Assembly: GCA_963755025.1 (NCBI GenBank)
Contig: CAVWIH010000015.1
Location: 1-64,000 of the forward strand
Direction: 5' to 3'
DNA from: an uncultured Actinomycetes bacterium
Lineage (GTDB): Bacteria > Actinomycetota > Thermoleophilia > UBA2241
DNA length: 64,000 nt
The notes below the pieces were generated by a model that searched no databases, was not told where the DNA came from, and saw only the letters and a program-made list of their open reading frames with translations. A program made the position numbers and the translations under genes. Position 1 is the first letter of the stretch. The number at the start of each line of letters is the position of its first letter. Shown here piece after piece: positions 1-9,629 of this stretch.

Positions 1-1155
1 CTGCTCGTCTTGGTGATTCTCGCGGTCGCAGGCGTGCTGCCCGTGAAGACCGACAAGACGGTGATTGTGAGGTCACAGGCGGGGACCGCGTCGACCACGA
101 CCGCACTGCAGAGCGACGCCCTCACGGCCCAGCAGATCTACCAGCGCGACGCCCATGGCGTGGTGGAGATCGAGGCCACCTTGACGACCAGCGAAAGCGA
201 GGGGTCGTTCCCGTTCTCCATCCCCCTCGGTCCGCAGACTGAGCAGCTGCTGGGTTCCGGCTTTGTCGTCTCCAAGGACGGCTACATCCTGACCAACGCT
301 CACGTGGTGAGCAGCGGCGGCCAGACCGCAAAGACCGTCAAGGTGGTCTTCAAGGGCAGCGGTTCCCAGACTGTGCAGCTCACCGGTACGGTGGTCGGGG
401 CCGACAACACAAGCGACGTGGCGCTCATCAAGGTCGACCCCAGCAAGGTCGGTACGCTGGACGTGCTCCCGCTGGGCAGTTCGACGGCCGTCCAGCCGGG
501 CGAACCGGTGGTGGCCATCGGCAACCCCTTCGGTTACGACTTCTCGATAACCTCGGGCATCGTCTCGGCCACGAACCGCGACCTGCAGTCGCCCAACGGG
601 GCGACCATCTCCAACGGCATCCAGACCGACGCGGCCATCAACGAGGGCAACTCCGGCGGCCCGCTGATCGACTCCACGGGTCATGTGATCGGCATCAACG
701 AGCAGATCGCCACGCAGTCGGGCGGCAACGAGGGCCTCGGGTTTGCCGTGCCCATCAACAGTGCCGTGCGCATCATGAACCAGCTCAAGAAGAGCGGTTC
801 GGTGACCTACGCCTGGCTGGGGATCTCGGGCCAGACACTCACTTCCGACGTCGCCCAGGCGCTGGGCCTCAAGACGACGCATGGTGTGCTTGTGGCGCGT
901 GTGCTGGCCCACACACCGGCCGCCAAGGCTGGCCTGAAGGGCGGCACCGCGCAGCTGTCGTTGCAGGGCCAGACCTACGAAGTGGGTGGCGACATCATCA
1001 CGGCCGTCAACAACATCAGCCTGAGCAGCATGGAGCAGCTCACGGCCCTCATCACCGCGCACAAGCCCGGAGATGTCGTTACCCTGACGATCGTCAGGGA
1101 CGCTCAGACAAGGAGCCTGAAGGTCACGCTGGCAGCGCGGCCAGCGTCTGCCTAG
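1..1155 (+). CDS. htrA: HtrA/DegP-family serine protease (trypsin domain + PDZ), N-terminus probably upstream of the window
   Basis: Catalytic triad motifs TNAHVV, DVALIK, INEGNSGGPL; C-terminal PDZ (WLGISG...GDIITAVN); frame is open from base 1. Confidence 0.93.
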   Translation: MLVLVILAVAGVLPVKTDKTVIVRSQAGTASTTTALQSDALTAQQIYQRDAHGVVEIEATLTTSESEGSFPFSIPLGPQTEQLLGSGFVVSKDGYILTNAHVVSSGGQTAKTVKVVFKGSGSQTVQLTGTVVGADNTSDVALIKVDPSKVGTLDVLPLGSSTAVQPGEPVVAIGNPFGYDFSITSGIVSATNRDLQSPNGATISNGIQTDAAINEGNSGGPLIDSTGHVIGINEQIATQSGGNEGLGFAVPINSAVRIMNQLKKSGSVTYAWLGISGQTLTSDVAQALGLKTTHGVLVARVLAHTPAAKAGLKGGTAQLSLQGQTYEVGGDIITAVNNISLSSMEQLTALITAHKPGDVVTLTIVRDAQTRSLKVTLAARPASA

Positions 1156-1420
1156 AGCGGTCTCGCCGCCGCCGGCCAGGGACCAGGCGCGGCGGCGTTC
1201 CGTCCGGCCGGCAACACCGGGTACACAATCAACACCATCGCCTCTTCCTGCCTCGCGGGGATGGCACGCAGGTGATGTTCGACGAGCGACGGGCGGGCGG
1301 GCCGCTGTCGCCGTCGACAATCCTTCGCCCAAGCCTCCTAGCAAGCTCGCACTAACGAGTCATATACTCTCGCTTGCCGGGACTGCTCGGCCTGGTTGCC
1401 TACATCTGCAGGGGGTCCAC

Positions 1421-2242
1421 ATGCGCAGGTCTTTCGTCTTCGTCCTTCTCCTCATAGCCGCGGCCATGCTCATGCCGGCATCGGCCTCGGCCTCGACGCC
1501 GACGCTCAAAAGCCTGGCCAAGTCCCTCGTCGCTCTGCAGAAGCAGGTCAAGACCTTGCAGGCCACGGTGACCGCCCAGAAGGGCACGATCGCGGACCTC
1601 AAGAGCACGGTGACAAGCCAAGCCGGCACGATCAGCTCGCTGCAGAGCGTCGTCGGGGCGACCGCTTCGGACGGCCTGCGCAAGAGCGTGGCCGACATCG
1701 TTGCCAATCCTGTCCTCACCCTCTCCTGGTTGCCCGACTACCTGAGCCTCGACAACAACACGGAAAACGGCTTGGCGGGCCCCAACCTCACTCTTGCCGG
1801 CTGCAACCTCCACGTACGCAGCACGACAAGCGAAGACGACACGTCGGGTCTCGGGAACCTCATCGTGGGCTGGGACAATGAGTCTCCCGACGTGACCTTC
1901 CGAACCGGCTCCAACAATCTCGTCTGCGGCGACCAGAACAACTTCAACTCCTACGGCGGCTTCATGGCCGGCTGCGACAACGCGACGCAAGATCCCTGCT
2001 GCAGCGTGAGCGGCGGCTACGGCGGAAACACGGTCGGTCAATACGCCAGCGTCAGCGGCGGCTATGGCAACATGGCCGGAAACGGCGCGTACACAAGCGT
2101 TACCGGCGGTCAGTCAAACTGCGCATTCGGCCCCTGCAGCACGGTAAGCGGCGGTGAGGATGTCTTCGGCGATCCACCGACTGGTATCCTCCTGCGCACT
2201 GCAGACGGCTGGTCCGCCGGCGGCAGCTTCCACAACCCCTGA
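1421..2242 (+). CDS. Secreted protein with signal peptide, coiled coil and Gly/Asn-rich SVSGG repeats (fibre/adhesin-like, function unknown)
   Basis: MRRSFVFVLLLIAAAMLMPASASA signal; heptads LAKSLVALQKQVKTLQATV; GNLIVG; repeated SVSGGYGN/SVTGG/TVSGG. Confidence 0.75.
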   Translation: MRRSFVFVLLLIAAAMLMPASASASTPTLKSLAKSLVALQKQVKTLQATVTAQKGTIADLKSTVTSQAGTISSLQSVVGATASDGLRKSVADIVANPVLTLSWLPDYLSLDNNTENGLAGPNLTLAGCNLHVRSTTSEDDTSGLGNLIVGWDNESPDVTFRTGSNNLVCGDQNNFNSYGGFMAGCDNATQDPCCSVSGGYGGNTVGQYASVSGGYGNMAGNGAYTSVTGGQSNCAFGPCSTVSGGEDVFGDPPTGILLRTADGWSAGGSFHNP

Positions 2243-2254
2243 GAGCCGCTCGCT

Positions 2255-2398
2255 CTACTTGCCGGCGAACACCGGCCCCGCGATCAGTACCGCCTCCTCC
2301 TGCATAGCCGGGATGGCGTGCGAGCAGGTGTCGAGCGTGATCGAGACGGTGGCATGACCGAGGCGCTCGGAGACGACCTTGGGGTGGACGCTGGCCTG
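2255..2398 (-). pseudogene. C-terminal remnant of a tyrosine recombinase/integrase
   Basis: Manual translation QASVHPKVVSERLGHATVSITLDTCSHAIPAMQEEAVLIAGPVFAGK*; box II LGH...DTYSH with the catalytic Tyr replaced by Cys; no upstream body. Confidence 0.85.
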
Positions 2399-2444
2399 AC
2401 CGCGGCCATCTCCTGCCGCCGACTGGCTCTGCTAAGCTCAGTAC

Positions 2445-3200
2445 ATGCTCAAAGCGGTCACCCTGGACTTCTGGGATACGTTGTTCGTCAGTGATAGCGG
2501 CCCCGACCACGATCGGCTCCAGACCCAACAGCTCGTCGCAGAGCTCGGCGCCTGCGCAGCGCCGCGCGGCGAAGCCGCCGTTCGCGAAGCGCTTCTTGCG
2601 GCCTACGAGTGGTTCGATGTCGTTTGGTGCGAAGAGCACCGCACGCCGAGCGCCCGGCAGACGCTCGAGCAGGTCTTCGCCACCCTCGGGGTCGCCCCAC
2701 CTGACGACGTGCTGGCGCGCACAGTCCGATTCTTCGAACGCCTCGTGCTCGGCTTGGCACCAGAGGTCGTGCCCGCCGTCTCAGAGGTGCTGCCGCGGCT
2801 GGCGGCGCAGTACAAGTTGGCGATCATCTGCGACACCGGCTATGCCCCTGGGGCCGTCCTGCGGGAACTTCTGCTGCGCAACGACCTGCTCCAGCTGTTC
2901 GATACCACGTACTTCTCAAACGAACGTGACGCGAGCAAACCCGACGTGCGCGCCTTCCATCATGTGTGCGACGAGCTCGGTGTGCGACCCGGCGAGGCGG
3001 TACACGTAGGAGATTCGCAGCGCACCGACATCGCGGGCGCACAGGCGGCGGGTATGCGAGCCGTCCACTTCCTCGGCGCCAGCGACCGCGACGGCGCGGT
3101 CTCGACCGCCGATGTCGTCATCCGTGACTTCGAGGAGTTGCCGATCGTGTTGGATAGCTTGGCGTCTGCCGACGGTACTCGCGCCGTCCGGCGGCACTAG
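2445..3200 (+). CDS. HAD-superfamily hydrolase
   Basis: Motif I variant LDFWDTL, SKPD, HVGDSQRTDIAGAQAAGM. Confidence 0.9.
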   Translation: MLKAVTLDFWDTLFVSDSGPDHDRLQTQQLVAELGACAAPRGEAAVREALLAAYEWFDVVWCEEHRTPSARQTLEQVFATLGVAPPDDVLARTVRFFERLVLGLAPEVVPAVSEVLPRLAAQYKLAIICDTGYAPGAVLRELLLRNDLLQLFDTTYFSNERDASKPDVRAFHHVCDELGVRPGEAVHVGDSQRTDIAGAQAAGMRAVHFLGASDRDGAVSTADVVIRDFEELPIVLDSLASADGTRAVRRH

Positions 3201-4605
3201 CTGTCTCTCCTGGCTCACCGCGGGGACGCTGGCGTTGCCGTACCAGCATCCGCAGTCCTCCGTACAGACCGAGAGTAACGAAGAACCCGACAAGGTAGCC
3301 GAGCGACGACCCGCTGAAGACGCCCCTCGCCAAAGGACCGGAGAAGACACCGGTGGATGTGAAGGCCAGCGACACCGTGGACCCGATCAGCCATGCCGCA
3401 CAGGCTTGCCAGCGCCAGTGGCATGTCTTCGCCTGTTTGGGGTAACCGCTACGCAGCGAGCTTCGACTGTCGAGCAAGAAGATCGCAGTCCAGGGAGCCA
3501 GAAAACAGGCGACCACGCCAAGAAAGGCCTCAAAGGTGCCGGTCACGTTCCTCGCGACCAGCAGGACGTAGAGGCTTGCAGACAGAGAGACGGCGGCGTC
3601 GATGAGGACAGTCCGTGAGCGCGCCATCCGCACGCGGGCCGCGAGCAGGCTGAGGCCGGCTGAGTAGATGTCCAGGATGTCGCCGGTGACCATGCCGCCC
3701 ACTGCCGTGAGCAGGTACAACACCCTGACCCAGGTCGGCAGCATGGCCTGTAGCGCCCCGATGGGGTCGCTCGTCGAAGCCAGCGCCGGTGCTGTCGAGG
3801 CCAGCACCATGCCGAGCATCATGAGCAAGAAGACCGGGATCGCCGCTCCCAGTGCCGTGGCCCACACCACTCGCCAGGCGGGCGTGTCGGGGTGCAGGTA
3901 GCGCGTGTAGTCGGAGGCCGTGTTCACCCAGGAGAGTCCGCTTGCCGCGATCACGATCGAAAGGGCGGGCACGACGCCGGTCAGCCAGGGGCCGCCGTGC
4001 GCGCCGGCAAGCGCATGCCAGTGGACCTTGGGCACGAGCAGGGCGACGACCACCACGGTCAGGACGCCGAACAGACAGGCAAAGACGCTCTGCACCCTGA
4101 CGATGGCGGCGTGGCCCATGAAGGCCACCGAGAATGCCAGGGCGGCCACCACGGCCAGGGCGACGACCAATGTCTCTGGGCTCGCTGCGGCGCCGAAGGC
4201 GGCATCGTAGGCGGCCGTCAGGGCGTAGGCGGCGATCACCAGTGCGACCGTCTCCCAGCCCACCAGGTTGAGCCACGACAGAGCGCTCGGCACGACATTG
4301 CCCCAGGAGCCGAAGGAGGCTGCGGAGAGGGCCATCGTGGGCTGGCCCGTGCGCATTCCAGGGAGACCGAAGTAGCCTACGATCAGAAAGGAAGAGGCGC
4401 CCAGCAAGGCAAGCAGTCCCTGCCACAGAGAAAGGCCGTAGCCTGCCACCACGGCGCCGATCACGACCGAGGTGATGGCCAGGTTGCCGGCAAACCAGAG
4501 CCCGAACACGCCACGCACGCCGCCGCGCCGTTCTGTCAGCGGGACGGCTTCGAGCCCACGACGCTCGACGTGCCAGGCCGGTGAGGTGGAGCGGGCCCGC
4601 CTCAT
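3118..4605 (-). CDS. NCS1 purine-cytosine permease family transporter (likely thiamine precursor uptake)
   Basis: WFAGNL, GQPTMALS...FG, SWVNTASDYTRY, about 12 TM helices; last gene of the TPP operon; 3' end overlaps the HAD gene. Confidence 0.88.
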   Translation of the reverse strand: MRRARSTSPAWHVERRGLEAVPLTERRGGVRGVFGLWFAGNLAITSVVIGAVVAGYGLSLWQGLLALLGASSFLIVGYFGLPGMRTGQPTMALSAASFGSWGNVVPSALSWLNLVGWETVALVIAAYALTAAYDAAFGAAASPETLVVALAVVAALAFSVAFMGHAAIVRVQSVFACLFGVLTVVVVALLVPKVHWHALAGAHGGPWLTGVVPALSIVIAASGLSWVNTASDYTRYLHPDTPAWRVVWATALGAAIPVFLLMMLGMVLASTAPALASTSDPIGALQAMLPTWVRVLYLLTAVGGMVTGDILDIYSAGLSLLAARVRMARSRTVLIDAAVSLSASLYVLLVARNVTGTFEAFLGVVACFLAPWTAIFLLDSRSSLRSGYPKQAKTCHWRWQACAAWLIGSTVSLAFTSTGVFSGPLARGVFSGSSLGYLVGFFVTLGLYGGLRMLVRQRQRPRGEPGETASAAGRREYRRQTPSYPTRSATPRSHG

Positions 4606-4662
4606 GGCATCGGTGCCATCTCCCTTGCGACGACGCGCAGCACTCGCGCTACTCGCCGAGGT

Positions 4663-5280
4663 TCACGTCGTCCGGCGACCCTGAACGAGGCCGCGTACGA
4701 CCTGCGCCGGCTCGCGAGCTTCGGTCAGGGCCGAGATCACCGCCAGGCCGGCCACCCCCGTGGCCCAGGCCGAGGCGGCGTTGCCCGGGTTGATCCCACC
4801 GATGGCCACGATCGGACAGGAGGCGCGACGGACAGCCTCGGCGAGCTCGACCAGGCCGACAGGCGGGGCGGCGTCTGCTTTGGAGGGCGTCGGCCAGACG
4901 GGACCGTAGCCGACATAGACCGGTTCAAACGACTGCGCCCAGGCAAGCTCTGCGAGGTTTCGGGCGGAGAGCCCCAGGCCCAGCGAAGGGGCGATGCGTC
5001 GCGCCGCCTCGGGCGGCAGGTCGTCGGGCCCGAGGTGGACGAGATCTGCACCCAGCGCCAGCGCCAGGTCCAGCCGGTCGTTGACCGAAAACCACAGCCC
5101 GAGCTCGCGAGCCGCGCGGGCGACGCGTTCGCCGTACACATAGCTCTCGCGGCTGGAGCTCGTCTTCTCGCGAAGCTGCACGCCGGTCACGCCGGCGCGC
5201 GCCACGAGCGCAAGCCAGCGCCCGACCTTGGCCGCGGGCACGCGCTCGTGATCGACCAGGACCTGGAGGCTCAGGTCCAC
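4663..5280 (-). CDS. thiE: Thiamine-phosphate synthase
   Basis: VQLREK, VNDRLDLA, VHLGPDD, GPVWPTPSK, VAIGGI. Confidence 0.93.
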   Translation of the reverse strand: MDLSLQVLVDHERVPAAKVGRWLALVARAGVTGVQLREKTSSSRESYVYGERVARAARELGLWFSVNDRLDLALALGADLVHLGPDDLPPEAARRIAPSLGLGLSARNLAELAWAQSFEPVYVGYGPVWPTPSKADAAPPVGLVELAEAVRRASCPIVAIGGINPGNAASAWATGVAGLAVISALTEAREPAQVVRGLVQGRRTT

Positions 5281-6071
5281 GGTACCTGCCCTGCGGCATG
5301 ACTTAAGGGCCCGTGGCCTTTGCCCAGCCCGGGTGCCAGCCGGATAGCGGCCTGCACGTAGCGCGTGGCAAGCTCAACCGCCGAAGCCAGAGGCTGTCCT
5401 TGCCCCAGTGCGGTGGCGATGGCCGCCGAGAGCGTGCAGCCCGTACCGTGGGTGTGGCCGGTCTGCTGGCGTGCGGCCCGAAAGACAGAGAACTCGCGAC
5501 CGTCGAAAAGAAGGTCCTCGACGACGTCTCCCTCCCCGTGGCCGCCCTTGACCAGCGCAGCGCCAGCGCCCATCGCGACCAGAGAGCGAGCGGCCTCCTC
5601 ACGCTCGCGCCGCGAGCCTGCGGGCAAGCCCGTCAGCGCCTCGGCTTCGGGCAGGTTCGGTGTGACCAGCGCAGCGAGGGGCAGCAGTTCCGCGCGCAGG
5701 ACGGTCTCGGCCTCGGCCTCAAGGAGACGGTCGCCGCCCTTAGCCACCATCACGGGGTCGAGCACCAGCGGGACCGGTCCGTAGCTTCGCAGCGTCGATG
5801 CCACGCAGCTCACCACGGCGGCCGAGCCGAGCATGCCGACCTTCAGCGCGTCGGCGCCGATGTCGGCGACGACTGCTTCGATCTGTCGCTGCACGGCCTC
5901 GGGTGGCAGCGGCCAGATGCCGAAGACGCCGAGCGTGTTCTGGGCGGTCACCGCGGTGATGGCCGCCATGCCGTAGCCGCCGAGGCGTTCGATCGTCTTC
6001 AGGTCCGCCTCGATGCCGGCGCCGCCCCCGGAGTCGCTGCCGGCGATCGTCAGGATGCGGGCGACGCTCAC
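5271..6071 (-). CDS. thiD: Hydroxymethylpyrimidine/phosphomethylpyrimidine kinase
   Basis: LTIAGSDSGGGAGIEADLKT, TAQNT, DPVM, TPNLPEA, THGTGCTLSAA. Confidence 0.97.
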   Translation of the reverse strand: MSVARILTIAGSDSGGGAGIEADLKTIERLGGYGMAAITAVTAQNTLGVFGIWPLPPEAVQRQIEAVVADIGADALKVGMLGSAAVVSCVASTLRSYGPVPLVLDPVMVAKGGDRLLEAEAETVLRAELLPLAALVTPNLPEAEALTGLPAGSRREREEAARSLVAMGAGAALVKGGHGEGDVVEDLLFDGREFSVFRAARQQTGHTHGTGCTLSAAIATALGQGQPLASAVELATRYVQAAIRLAPGLGKGHGPLSHAAGQVPWT

Positions 6072-7126
6072 AGCCCGCTCTCCAGGGCGCGGCCGTAAGC
6101 GGCCCAGAAGGGGTCGATGCGAGGATGCTCCAGCGTGCGCTCCGTCAGCCCGTCGAGGCGCACCATGCCGCGGTCGGCCGTCACGATCTCACCGATGACG
6201 CTCGCCACCGACCCAGCCTGCTCCAGGGCTTCGACGACGCCCGCGGCGTGCTCGGGCCGCACAGTCGCCAGCAGTGTGCCCTCAGAGATAGCGGTGAGCG
6301 GGTCGATGCCGACCAGGCGACAGACGGCCTCGACTTCGGGCCGGATGGGCACCGCTTGCTCATCGAACCGCACGCCCACCCCCGATGCCTGGGCGATCTC
6401 GAAGATGCCACCGACCACGCCGCCTTCGGTGGCGTCGTGCAGGGTGGTGACGCCCTTGTCCCTGACCCCGTAGGCGGCCGCGACGCGGGCCTCTGAGACG
6501 ACCGTCATCTTCTCGAAGAGAGCCGCGGCCCGGCCGGCAAGGTCGGGCCCGATCGCCGCGGCCAGCGCCTCGGGGAAGGTGACGCCAAAGAGAGCCGTGG
6601 CCTCGATCGCAGCGCCCTTGGTGCAGATCAGCACGTCTCCGGGGCGCGCCATGTTCGACGCCACGTAGCTATCTGCGTCGCCCACGGCCATGACGGTCGC
6701 TCCGCCGACCATCGGATAGGCGCAGCCCTCGTAGCGGGCGGTGTGGCCCGAGACGATGGCGATGCCCAGGTCGGCGCAGGTCTGATGCATGCCGTCCCAG
6801 AGCTCCGTGAGCTCGTTCTTTGTGATCGCCAGCGGCAGGTTGAGATCGATCGCCATGTACGCCGGGGCGAGGCCCGACATGGCGGCATCTGAGGCGAGGA
6901 TGTGGACGGCAAACCAGGCCGCCCGACGAAAGCCGAACTGGGGAACGACGAACACCGGGTCGCAGGTGGTGGCCAGTACCCGGCCGGCGCCGAGGTCGAC
7001 GATCGCCACGTCCACGCCATTGCGAGGGCCGACGAGGACCTCGGGCCGGGGGTGTCCGAGCCGCGGGTAGATCAGCGAGGCAAAGACATCGGGCGAGACC
7101 TTGCCGATAGCCGGTAGTTCGAGCAC
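6068..7126 (-). CDS. AIR synthase (PurM/HypE/ThiL superfamily) protein of unknown specificity
   Basis: DVAIVD, TCDP, ASDAAMSG, SGHT, LHDATEGG, ISEGTLL; lacks the HypE C-terminal PRIC; first gene after the TPP riboswitch. Confidence 0.85.
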   Translation of the reverse strand: MLELPAIGKVSPDVFASLIYPRLGHPRPEVLVGPRNGVDVAIVDLGAGRVLATTCDPVFVVPQFGFRRAAWFAVHILASDAAMSGLAPAYMAIDLNLPLAITKNELTELWDGMHQTCADLGIAIVSGHTARYEGCAYPMVGGATVMAVGDADSYVASNMARPGDVLICTKGAAIEATALFGVTFPEALAAAIGPDLAGRAAALFEKMTVVSEARVAAAYGVRDKGVTTLHDATEGGVVGGIFEIAQASGVGVRFDEQAVPIRPEVEAVCRLVGIDPLTAISEGTLLATVRPEHAAGVVEALEQAGSVASVIGEIVTADRGMVRLDGLTERTLEHPRIDPFWAAYGRALESGL

Positions 7127-7189
7127 GTCGCTACCTCCAATGAGAAGGGCCGCTGCCAGCGTGGCAACGACCCCGACGAGCCCGTTCGC

Positions 7190-7276
7190 ACGCTTCCCTC
7201 CGCTGGTATGACCCAGGTCAGGTGCAAGGGTTGGCCGTCGAGCCTCTCAGCCTCTTGCGAGGCACCCCCAGCGGCT
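7190..7276 (-). ncRNA. TPP riboswitch
   Basis: Minus strand reads GGGGTGCC..GGCTGAGAG..ACCC..ACCTGACCTGGGTCATACCAGCGGAGGGAAGCG, canonical THI-box, upstream of thiD/thiE; TATGCT -10 just upstream. Confidence 0.95.
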
Positions 7277-7430
7277 TTGCTGGGGGACAGCATACCGCGA
7301 TTGCGACCGAGGTGCGCCGACGATCCGGCTCCTGGTCTTGTCGGACGTAGGTCGGCCAAGGACGCTTCGTGCGGCGAGGTCTGGCGCCGCACAGGTCTGG
7401 CTGTGATGTGCCCTAGTCGGTGCGCGACCC

Positions 7431-7469
7431 AAGCAAAAGGCGGGCGTGGCCTTAGGGCCGCGCCCGCCT
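7431..7469 (-). terminator. Intrinsic terminator insulating the thi promoter
   Basis: 14-bp stem aggcgggcgtggcc/ggccgcgcccgcct (one imperfect pair) followed by a T-tract on the minus strand. Confidence 0.6.
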
Positions 7470-7514
7470 CTTGATGCTTGCGGTGTTTCGCGGGACTCTT
7501 TAGGCGGCGCTCCT

Positions 7515-7727
7515 CACAAGCCCGGCGTAACGTGCGGTTGGGCGTACGTCAAGCTCGTGATCATGCACGGCAGCAAGGAGGTAAAGGCGTTCACCGGGGG
7601 GAAACGCAGGGTCAACACCGCCCTCGCCTACCGGTTCAAAGTGCTCCTTGCGCGTGGCACGTATCGCTACCGGGTGCTGGCGGTCGATCTGGCCGGCAAC
7701 GTTGCCAAGTCGATCGGCTCGGCGAGG
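7515..7727 (+). pseudogene. Orphan remnant of a basic C-terminal Ig-like DLAGN domain
   Basis: AYVKLVIMHGSKEVKAF..KRRVNTALAYRFKVLLARGTYRYRVLAVDLAGNVAKSIGS aligns by eye with the C-terminus of 18792..20492; no RBS or signal peptide. Confidence 0.65.
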
Positions 7728-7813
7728 CGCAAAGAGCTGACGAGGGCGATGACTCCGTCCCCTTACGGTGGGCTGGGTCGTGCCTGGACAGACGAACCCG
7801 ATCCGGAGGACGA

Positions 7814-8218
7814 ATGCCGAACCAAAGCGAAGAGATCGACGAGCTGATCGCAGGCACCCCGGACTGGCGCGGGACGACCTTGGCGGAGCTCCGCAGGATC
7901 ATCCACGACGCCGACCCCGAGATTATCGAGGAAGTGAAGTGGAAGCGGCCCAGCAACCCGATGGGTGCGCCCGTCTTTGCGCATGACGGGGTCGTCTGTG
8001 TCGCCAACATCTTGAAGGAAAGGGTCAGACTGAGCTTCCCCGCGGGCCTGAGCCTCCCCGACCCGCAGAAGATCCTGAGCGCCGTCACAGAGGGCAACAA
8101 GACGCGGATCATCGACCTGCGCGCGGGCGATGCGGTCAACGAGAGCGCACTGAAAGCCCTTATCCGCGCAGGAGTGGAGCGCAATCTGGCCAAGGCGAAG
8201 CCCGCCGGCGGCAGGTAG
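7814..8218 (+). CDS. DUF1801 (YdhG-like) protein
   Basis: DWRG.TL..LR.IIH.ADPEIIEEVKW...G.PV..HDG; GGAGG RBS before the ATG at 7814. Confidence 0.88.
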   Translation: MPNQSEEIDELIAGTPDWRGTTLAELRRIIHDADPEIIEEVKWKRPSNPMGAPVFAHDGVVCVANILKERVRLSFPAGLSLPDPQKILSAVTEGNKTRIIDLRAGDAVNESALKALIRAGVERNLAKAKPAGGR

Positions 8219-8414
8219 CCAGCTGGCGGAAAACCCGCGCTGAGCGCTGCCCGTTACGGAGTGCAGGGGATCGAGCGCGATCGAGACAGGTCGTCTGGCC
8301 GTGGGGCGAGGGTAGGCTGCTTGGCCCTGAGCAGGCGGCTGAGCGACTACTACCTCTAAAGGCCGATCCCGCCGCCTCGCCGATGTTCGTGCCCTCGCCG
8401 AAGCGGACCCGCGC

Positions 8415-9332
8415 TCAGGCGAACGCTTTGCCGAGGAAGGCGACCTCGGCCGGCGCGACGCTGCGGAAGGTGGCGGCGTCGTGGCCGCCGGGCTCGTAGA
8501 CACCGGCGGCCGGTCTGACGAGCGCTGCCTTGAGATGGGTGACGTAGCCCCAGAAGGGGTCCGACCTGCCACAGTCGATGCGCACCTGGACGCCCGCCAG
8601 CCGCGCCGCCCCGGCGATGACGTCGTGGGCGGCGAAATCGGCGGGGCTGTCGAAGGCATCGCCGGGGCCCATCATCATCGCCTGGTACGAGGTCCAGACC
8701 GCCGGCGCGCAGGCGACGACCGCGGTGAAGAGTTCCGGATGCGTCTCGGCGGCAAGCACGGCGCCGTAGGCGCCCATCGACCAGCCGATCACGGCACGCC
8801 GATGGCGGGTACCGCCCAGCCGGTAGCGCTCCCGGCACAGCGGCATGAACTCGTCGAGGAGCATGGCCATGCGGTCCTCGCCCGAGACTCGCCGGTGCCA
8901 GTACGACACGCCGCCGTCGACGCCGGCCACGGCGAACGGCGGCACCCGGCCGTGCTCGACCGCCGTCGCCACGAAGTCGGCGAAGCCCATCGGCGGGCCG
9001 CCGCCGCGCCCCGGCAGTGCGTACACCACCGGCAGCGGTGTGCCCGGCTTGCTGCCCGGCGGCCAGGCGACGCCGTAGTGCACCGGCCCGGCGACGGTGC
9101 GCGACCGCAGGGTCGATGAGACGACGGTGACACCCGCGTGGGTCGGCGCCGAGCCGACTGACGCGCCATCGCCCACCAGGTGCGCCAGCCAGTCGTGGAG
9201 GGGCGCGTCGCGGGCGGCCGCGCCGCCGAAGGCAAGCGCGGCTGCGCCGAAGAGGCCGGAGCCGACGAGGAATCCGCGGCGAGTGATGCCGACCTGTGGG
9301 TCTCGGTCTGCGCTGCGGTCGTCGGCAGGCAT
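8415..9332 (-). CDS. Tat-exported alpha/beta-hydrolase (putative esterase)
   Basis: Twin-arginine TRRGFL signal; GWSMG nucleophile elbow; CGRSDPF; PGGHD; GGAGG RBS before 9332. Confidence 0.88.
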   Translation of the reverse strand: MPADDRSADRDPQVGITRRGFLVGSGLFGAAALAFGGAAARDAPLHDWLAHLVGDGASVGSAPTHAGVTVVSSTLRSRTVAGPVHYGVAWPPGSKPGTPLPVVYALPGRGGGPPMGFADFVATAVEHGRVPPFAVAGVDGGVSYWHRRVSGEDRMAMLLDEFMPLCRERYRLGGTRHRRAVIGWSMGAYGAVLAAETHPELFTAVVACAPAVWTSYQAMMMGPGDAFDSPADFAAHDVIAGAARLAGVQVRIDCGRSDPFWGYVTHLKAALVRPAAGVYEPGGHDAATFRSVAPAEVAFLGKAFA

Positions 9333-9629
9333 GGATCGCCTCCTGTGGCGCCGGCCCGGGCGGGGCCACCCTACCATAGGGGTCGCGGCGAGCGCCTCAC
9401 CGACTCTCATTCGCCGCCAGTAGGTCGGAGCCGGTCGATACCCCGAGGCCCCGGCAGGGTATGGCTCGCGCTCATGCGGGGAAGACGGCCTGCAGCCCGG
9501 TGACTACTGCGTCGCCATGCAGGGCGGCGTGAATACCGGCTTCAAGCACTCCGCAACGATTTACGTCCACAAGCAGACAGTGGGGCGGGGCGCGATGCTG
9601 GCACGCGCCCCGCGCGGAGCGCGCAGGCC

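Noticed and set aside
7262-7290. Hairpin CCCCCAGC/GCTGGGGG competing with the TPP aptamer 5' strand
   Set aside because: The outer arm lies within a few bases of the TATGCT -10 box, so it is probably mostly not transcribed
9478-9590. Coding-like fragment GEDGLQPGDYCVAMQGGVNTGFKHSATIYVHKQ
   Set aside because: No start or RBS and no family I can recognise; it may be another scar but I cannot support that
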